Shown one piece after another: positions 31,978-32,031 of a DNA stretch of 32,031 nucleotides. Position 1 is the first letter of the stretch, and each line of letters starts with the position of its first letter. The position numbers were made by a program, and so were the translations under genes. The notes beneath the pieces were generated by a model. The model searched no databases and was not told the DNA's origin. It worked only from the letters and a program-made list of their open reading frames with translations. Source of the DNA: Candidatus Magasanikiibacteriota bacterium (GTDB lineage Bacteria; Patescibacteriota; Patescibacteriia; Magasanikbacterales; 2-02-FULL-50-9b); NCBI GenBank assembly GCA_026396555.1, contig JAPLWO010000064.1, forward strand, positions 1-32,031, written 5' to 3'.

Positions 31978-32031
31978 AGAAATTTGAATGTTGGTATATT
32001 ACCATAATTTACATGGATTAAACATAAATTC

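Noticed and set aside
1-32031. CRISPR arrays, IS elements/integrases, prophage genes, or an alternative genetic code (UGA recoding)
   Set aside because: No regularly spaced direct repeats were seen, and no transposase, integrase or phage-like ORFs. TGA terminates several well-delimited genes (for example glyA, the 72-aa ORF and the bPH gene), with downstream genes starting at or next to it.

Overview
This is a gene-dense, moderately AT-rich chromosomal segment with 32 protein-coding genes and 5 tRNA genes. I found no rRNA, CRISPR array, transposase or integrase, and the standard genetic code applies (TGA is used as a stop at coupled gene junctions). Several traits fit a Patescibacteria/CPR-like or similarly reduced bacterium. 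These are an Elp3-type tRNA modification enzyme, a MurE-like ligase with a short N-terminus, bPH/FtsB-like/parvulin envelope genes, a Gmad2 lipoprotein, a secreted thermonuclease, many orphan proteins, almost no Shine-Dalgarno usage, and -10 boxes sitting next to start codons. That taxonomic placement is inference only. Layout: elp3(partial)-glyA-folD on the + strand; a 6.8-kb minus-strand orphan operon (3584-10371); tsaE; typA; tRNA-Glu flanked by two GC-enriched orphan genes; a long minus-strand block (EEP nuclease, murF, DEDD exonuclease, peroxiredoxin, 96-aa orphan, SOD, bcp, DoxX, thermonuclease, coiled-coil orphan, Gmad2 lipoprotein, tRNA-Gln, ftsEX); tRNA-Thr; a GATase; a third GC-enriched orphan; tandem tRNA-Gly; and parvulin/FtsB-like/bPH/MurE-like/methyltransferase genes. 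The best candidate for an undescribed system is the translationally coupled five-gene operon at 3584-10371: a 4-TM protein, a 72-aa protein, a 1220-aa protein, a 153-aa acidic protein and a ~690-aa protein. I cannot place any of the five products in a known family, apart from a degenerate DHH-phosphoesterase-like motif triad in the 1220-aa protein. Secondary leads:
- three tRNA-adjacent, GC-enriched, SD-bearing orphan genes, one with a transglutaminase-like Cys-His-Asp core;
- a nested-helix RNA element in the tsaE leader;
- an oxidative-stress island with a Cys-rich-tailed DoxX;
- tandem tRNA-Gly genes with a non-canonical UCC T-loop;
- structured tRNA leaders with mutually exclusive helices;
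- an attenuator-like repeat set between bcp and sod.

All homology statements come from motif recognition by eye; no searches were run.
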